DNA of 60,335 nt, counting the filler. It is 4 parts of 4 records of this genome, joined end to end, with 100 filler letters (N's around TTAATTAATTAA, not from the genome) between each part and the next. Parts side by side here need not be neighbours in the genome. Positions count along the whole stretch, not along the records: positions 50,780 to 60,335 come from DRR723986_633; 3 more parts are not named here. One strand, 5' to 3'. The translations under genes were made by a program, and so were the position numbers. Positions 57,310-60,335 of the stretch are shown one piece after another (the first letter of the stretch is position 1; each line of letters opens with the position of its first letter). The notes under the pieces were generated by a model. It was given only the letters and a program-made list of their open reading frames with translations, made no database searches and was not told the DNA's origin.

Positions 57310-57843
57310 ATGAGATATTTGCACAACATCAGATACAGACTGAGCACGGTTTTGTTTGCTGGTCTGCTTACGGTCTTTGGCCTTACGGCTTGTGACTCCG
57401 GTCTGGAACCGCCGCTGGAAGGCGATGTGACCTTGCGTGGCAGCATCGAATTTGTAGGTGGACTCGAAAAATGGCCGCCTGCCGACAGTATTTTCGATTT
57501 GCGCGTGGTTGCTTTTCAGTCCTATCCGCCCGTCAGTCTTGTGGAGGATTTGCTCGAAGAGCGCGCCTGGTTCACAGCCGATAGCCTCGCGTATTTTCAG
57601 GAATCCCTCGAATGGGAAGTCCTGATTCCCTTTCCCACGCCGCCCAAAATCGAGTATCTCGTGGTTGCCTTGCAAAACGGTCCCAATCTGTTTACGGACT
57701 GGATTGCGGTTGGCGTCTATGCTCTGCCTGGTCAGCGCGAGACTCCAACGCAGATTCCGCTGCAGCCGGGTCGGGACGTGGAAGGCCTAACACTACAGGT
57801 TGATTTTGACGATCTTCCGCCTCAGATTTTTATGCCTGAATAG
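57310..57843 (+). CDS. Hypothetical lipoprotein upstream of TonB-dependent receptor
   Basis: From ATG 57310: basic N-region, hydrophobic core, lipobox LTAC, then DSGLEPP. Confidence 0.75.
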   Translation: MRYLHNIRYRLSTVLFAGLLTVFGLTACDSGLEPPLEGDVTLRGSIEFVGGLEKWPPADSIFDLRVVAFQSYPPVSLVEDLLEERAWFTADSLAYFQESLEWEVLIPFPTPPKIEYLVVALQNGPNLFTDWIAVGVYALPGQRETPTQIPLQPGRDVEGLTLQVDFDDLPPQIFMPE

Positions 57844-58037
57844 TGTACAAGTCAAGGTCCGATCCTATTACTATTGTCATGTATCGCTCAGCCGTGACCT
57901 CCTCCAGCAACTGGAATACACGTATGCATTCAGCAGCTATTTTCAATAATCATCAGGTTAAACACTCCGTGAACAGTACTGTTGATATTATTGTTAACAA
58001 CTCGTCCCACACAACTGATACAGTCGGGGCACACAGC

Positions 58038-60293
58038 ATGTTTAACTTTGCGTGTGATAACTCGGGCGGCATACCAAACCTGCGCTCAGGCATTCGCCTG
58101 GCTTTTCTGAGTTTTCTTGTTTGTCTTGGGCTCATGTCCACAGCATTTGCGCAGTCAGATGCAGGTCTTTCGGGAGAAGTAGTTGATGCCTTTGACGGCC
58201 GCGCGCTCGCCGGTGTTACAATTCAACTGCTTGGCACTTCCCACGGAACCATTAGTGGTGCGGATGGTCGTTACGCGATCGACGCTGTCCCCGCCGGCAG
58301 CTACACACTCAAAGCGACGCTGGTCGGATTTTCGCCCCTGGAACAGGAAGTTACCCTCTCCAGCGGGACAAGCACAGAACTCAAGTTAAACATGCGTCAG
58401 AGTTCAGTCCAAACCAGCGAAGTTGTTGTGTCGGCCAGCAAACGCGTCCAGGCTGTGCAGGACGTGCCGGTCAGTATTTCGACTGTAGATCAACTGGAAC
58501 TGGCGCAGCGTAACATCACGCGCCTGGACGATGCCCTGCGATATATTCCTGGAGTGTATGTCAGTAAGGACCAGGTTAACGTCCGTGGTTCCAGTGGGTT
58601 TTCACTTGGCCTTGGTTCGCGTGTCCTCATCTTGCTCGACGGTTTCCCACTGCTTGCAGGTGACAACGGAGAAGTCAAGTTTGACGCCCTGCCGATCTTT
58701 AATGTTAAACGGATTGAGGTTGTCAAAGGCGCTGGTTCGGCGCTCTACGGCACCGGCGCGCTCGGCGGCGTGGTTAACATATTAACGGCCGATGCACAGG
58801 ACGAACCGGAGCTGCGCATTCGCACTTTTGCTGGTGCATATACTTTGCCGCGCGAAGAATGGCAGTACCGCTCAACCGCTCCATTTCTTGGCGGCGTGGA
58901 CGTCTCGTACTCGCGTAAAATCTCGGGCGTGGACCTTTTGGCGGCCGGCGGTTACAAACGCAATGAGGGGCACCACGATTATCTGGCAACATCTAACTGG
59001 AACGGTTTTGTTAAACTCGGTGGTGACATAAGCTCCAGCACACGCATTGAAGGCATAGTTAACATTGCGCGCCAGGAACGCGAAAACTTTGTTTTCTGGA
59101 AAAGCCTGCGCGATGCAACCAGACCACCCGATGATGTCAACCCCGACGAGCGCATCGTCTCGGACAAGTTGACGGCTGCCGTTTCGTTAAACCATCGATT
59201 TTCCGACAAGGTTTTTCTACTTGTGCGCAGCGGAGTTTTCCGCACCTCATTTTCAACCGAGCCGCCGCTGGCGGACAGTCAGAACGATCAGTTAAGTTCT
59301 ACATCGTATGCACTTAACAACGAAGCGCAATTGACGGCTTTGTTTAACGACGAATTGGTTTTAACTGCTGGAATCAACACGGCAATCAACGAGATCACGG
59401 AGGGTTTCCTGGGCGACCAGAACCAAAAGCTGAGCGCAGCCTATGTGCAGGCTGAGTATACTCCGATGCCGTCGCTGATCCTGACGGGTGGCGGAAGATT
59501 TGACATGGAAAAAACGACGGGCCGCGACCTGCAATTCCAGTTCAGCCCCAAGTTTGGTACAACGTTCCACCTTAGCGAGTTCACCAGCCTGCGCAGCTCC
59601 TTTGGTGTTGGTTTTCGCACACCGTCGCTGGGCGAGAGGTTTTCCTCGCTTCAGTTTGGCGGCCTCACTGTAGCCGCCAACCCGGAGCTCGATCCGGAAA
59701 CCAGCTGGTCAGCAGAAATCGGCGGCACGCAGCAGTTAACGGACGATCTGGATTGGAACATCGATCTGGCGCTGTTTTACAATCAGTTTCAGGACTTGAT
59801 TGAGCCACAATTCCCGGATGCCAGTGAGCCGAATATTCGTTTTATTAACATTACGCGTGCCCGTATTATGGGTGCGGAGTTGGGCATTAAGGGTTGGCTG
59901 CCGGGCCGTCTTGCGGCTTTGGAATTGGCCTTGACGGCTATGGACCCAACTGATCTGGACACGGAGGAGACACTTAAATATCGTTCGAAGTGGCTGGCTC
60001 AGGCGCGTGTTATTATTCCAATTTCCTGGCTGGAATTCCAGGCGGATTACCGCTATCAGTCGCGTTTTGACGAGATTGACGACGAGATAATTTTTGCGGT
60101 TCGCAATGCCGACGCGCGCACGGACACCCACGTGGTGGACATGCGATTAATTGCCAATCTTTACGAGCTGGCGGACCTGCCGATGCGTTTAACGCTGAAT
60201 GCCAAGAATGTGTTCAACTATTATTACACTGAGATTATAGCCAATCTGGCAGCGACGCGAAGCATCAGTCTGCAGGCTGAATTGAAGTTTTGA
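58038..60293 (+). CDS. TonB-dependent receptor with N-terminal carboxypeptidase-regulatory-like domain
   Basis: Signal peptide ending AFAQ, EVVVSASKR, plug LILLDG...RIEVVKGAGSALYG.GALGGVVNI, NPELDPE, C-terminal Phe. Start is uncertain (frame is open from 57843). Confidence 0.93.
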   Translation: MFNFACDNSGGIPNLRSGIRLAFLSFLVCLGLMSTAFAQSDAGLSGEVVDAFDGRALAGVTIQLLGTSHGTISGADGRYAIDAVPAGSYTLKATLVGFSPLEQEVTLSSGTSTELKLNMRQSSVQTSEVVVSASKRVQAVQDVPVSISTVDQLELAQRNITRLDDALRYIPGVYVSKDQVNVRGSSGFSLGLGSRVLILLDGFPLLAGDNGEVKFDALPIFNVKRIEVVKGAGSALYGTGALGGVVNILTADAQDEPELRIRTFAGAYTLPREEWQYRSTAPFLGGVDVSYSRKISGVDLLAAGGYKRNEGHHDYLATSNWNGFVKLGGDISSSTRIEGIVNIARQERENFVFWKSLRDATRPPDDVNPDERIVSDKLTAAVSLNHRFSDKVFLLVRSGVFRTSFSTEPPLADSQNDQLSSTSYALNNEAQLTALFNDELVLTAGINTAINEITEGFLGDQNQKLSAAYVQAEYTPMPSLILTGGGRFDMEKTTGRDLQFQFSPKFGTTFHLSEFTSLRSSFGVGFRTPSLGERFSSLQFGGLTVAANPELDPETSWSAEIGGTQQLTDDLDWNIDLALFYNQFQDLIEPQFPDASEPNIRFINITRARIMGAELGIKGWLPGRLAALELALTAMDPTDLDTEETLKYRSKWLAQARVIIPISWLEFQADYRYQSRFDEIDDEIIFAVRNADARTDTHVVDMRLIANLYELADLPMRLTLNAKNVFNYYYTEIIANLAATRSISLQAELKF

Positions 60294-60310
60294 GATTTCA
60301 ATCCCCCACC

Positions 60311-60335
60311 ACCTGTTAGCCACAGGCTAACAGGT
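60311..60335 (+). terminator. Hairpin after TonB receptor (cut by window end)
   Basis: ACCTGTTAGCC-ACA-GGCTAACAGGT perfect 11-bp stem. Confidence 0.6.

Noticed and set aside
57843-58037. Cobalamin or TPP riboswitch, or Fur box, before the TonB receptor
   Set aside because: No B12-box, TPP core or convincing Fur consensus visible.
1-60335. CRISPR arrays, transposases, rRNA or defence systems
   Set aside because: No regularly spaced repeats, transposase/integrase motifs or recognisable defence proteins seen; MoxR-VWA is a common chaperone pair.

Overview
The window is not one locus. It is four assembly contigs joined by 100-nt artificial spacers (44 N + TTAATTAATTAA + 44 N) at 12320-12419, 40478-40577 and 50680-50779. 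Contig A (1-12319) looks FCB-group (Ignavibacteria/Kapabacteria/Chlorobi-like). It carries mreBCD directly downstream of a fliL-fliM-fliN-fliO block, then pdxB, an Ig-like lipoprotein, a flippase, YihY and an M50 protease. Contig B (12420-40477) is a lower-GC alphaproteobacterium (Kordiimonas-like by impression). It has a tRNA 3' end, an EEP-MipA-D,D-dipeptidase operon and a gamma-glutamyl polyamine (puuA/B/D-type) cluster containing an unknown membrane protein. It continues with an unannotated ctaH, hspQ, mlaC, cytochrome c, AgcS, a CtrA-boxed DUF2336 gene, a TRAP system and a TipN/GPR-like coiled-coil protein. It ends with a kinase-less hypothetical-Hpt-Cle-like pseudo-receiver-Hpt module, phoX and a MoxR-VWA pair. 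Contig C (40578-50679) is high-GC and Rhodobacteraceae-like: SulP-Usp, an RND pump with a SqrR/BigR-like operator, ettA, a cold-shock protein, a C-N hydrolase and the start of infA. Contig D (50780-60335) resembles contig A: GT-C membrane protein, panC, arginase, accD, PaaN-like ALDH, and a lipoprotein plus TonB-dependent receptor. No CRISPR array, transposase, phage or rRNA was seen. The best candidate for an undescribed system is the Hpt/Cle-like/Hpt module next to polarity genes (35264-37059). Other strong leads are the triple-repeat membrane protein in the puu cluster, flagellar switch genes in an FCB-like genome, and two small ORFs with regulatory signals. All family and taxon calls come from motif recognition by eye; no database search was run.
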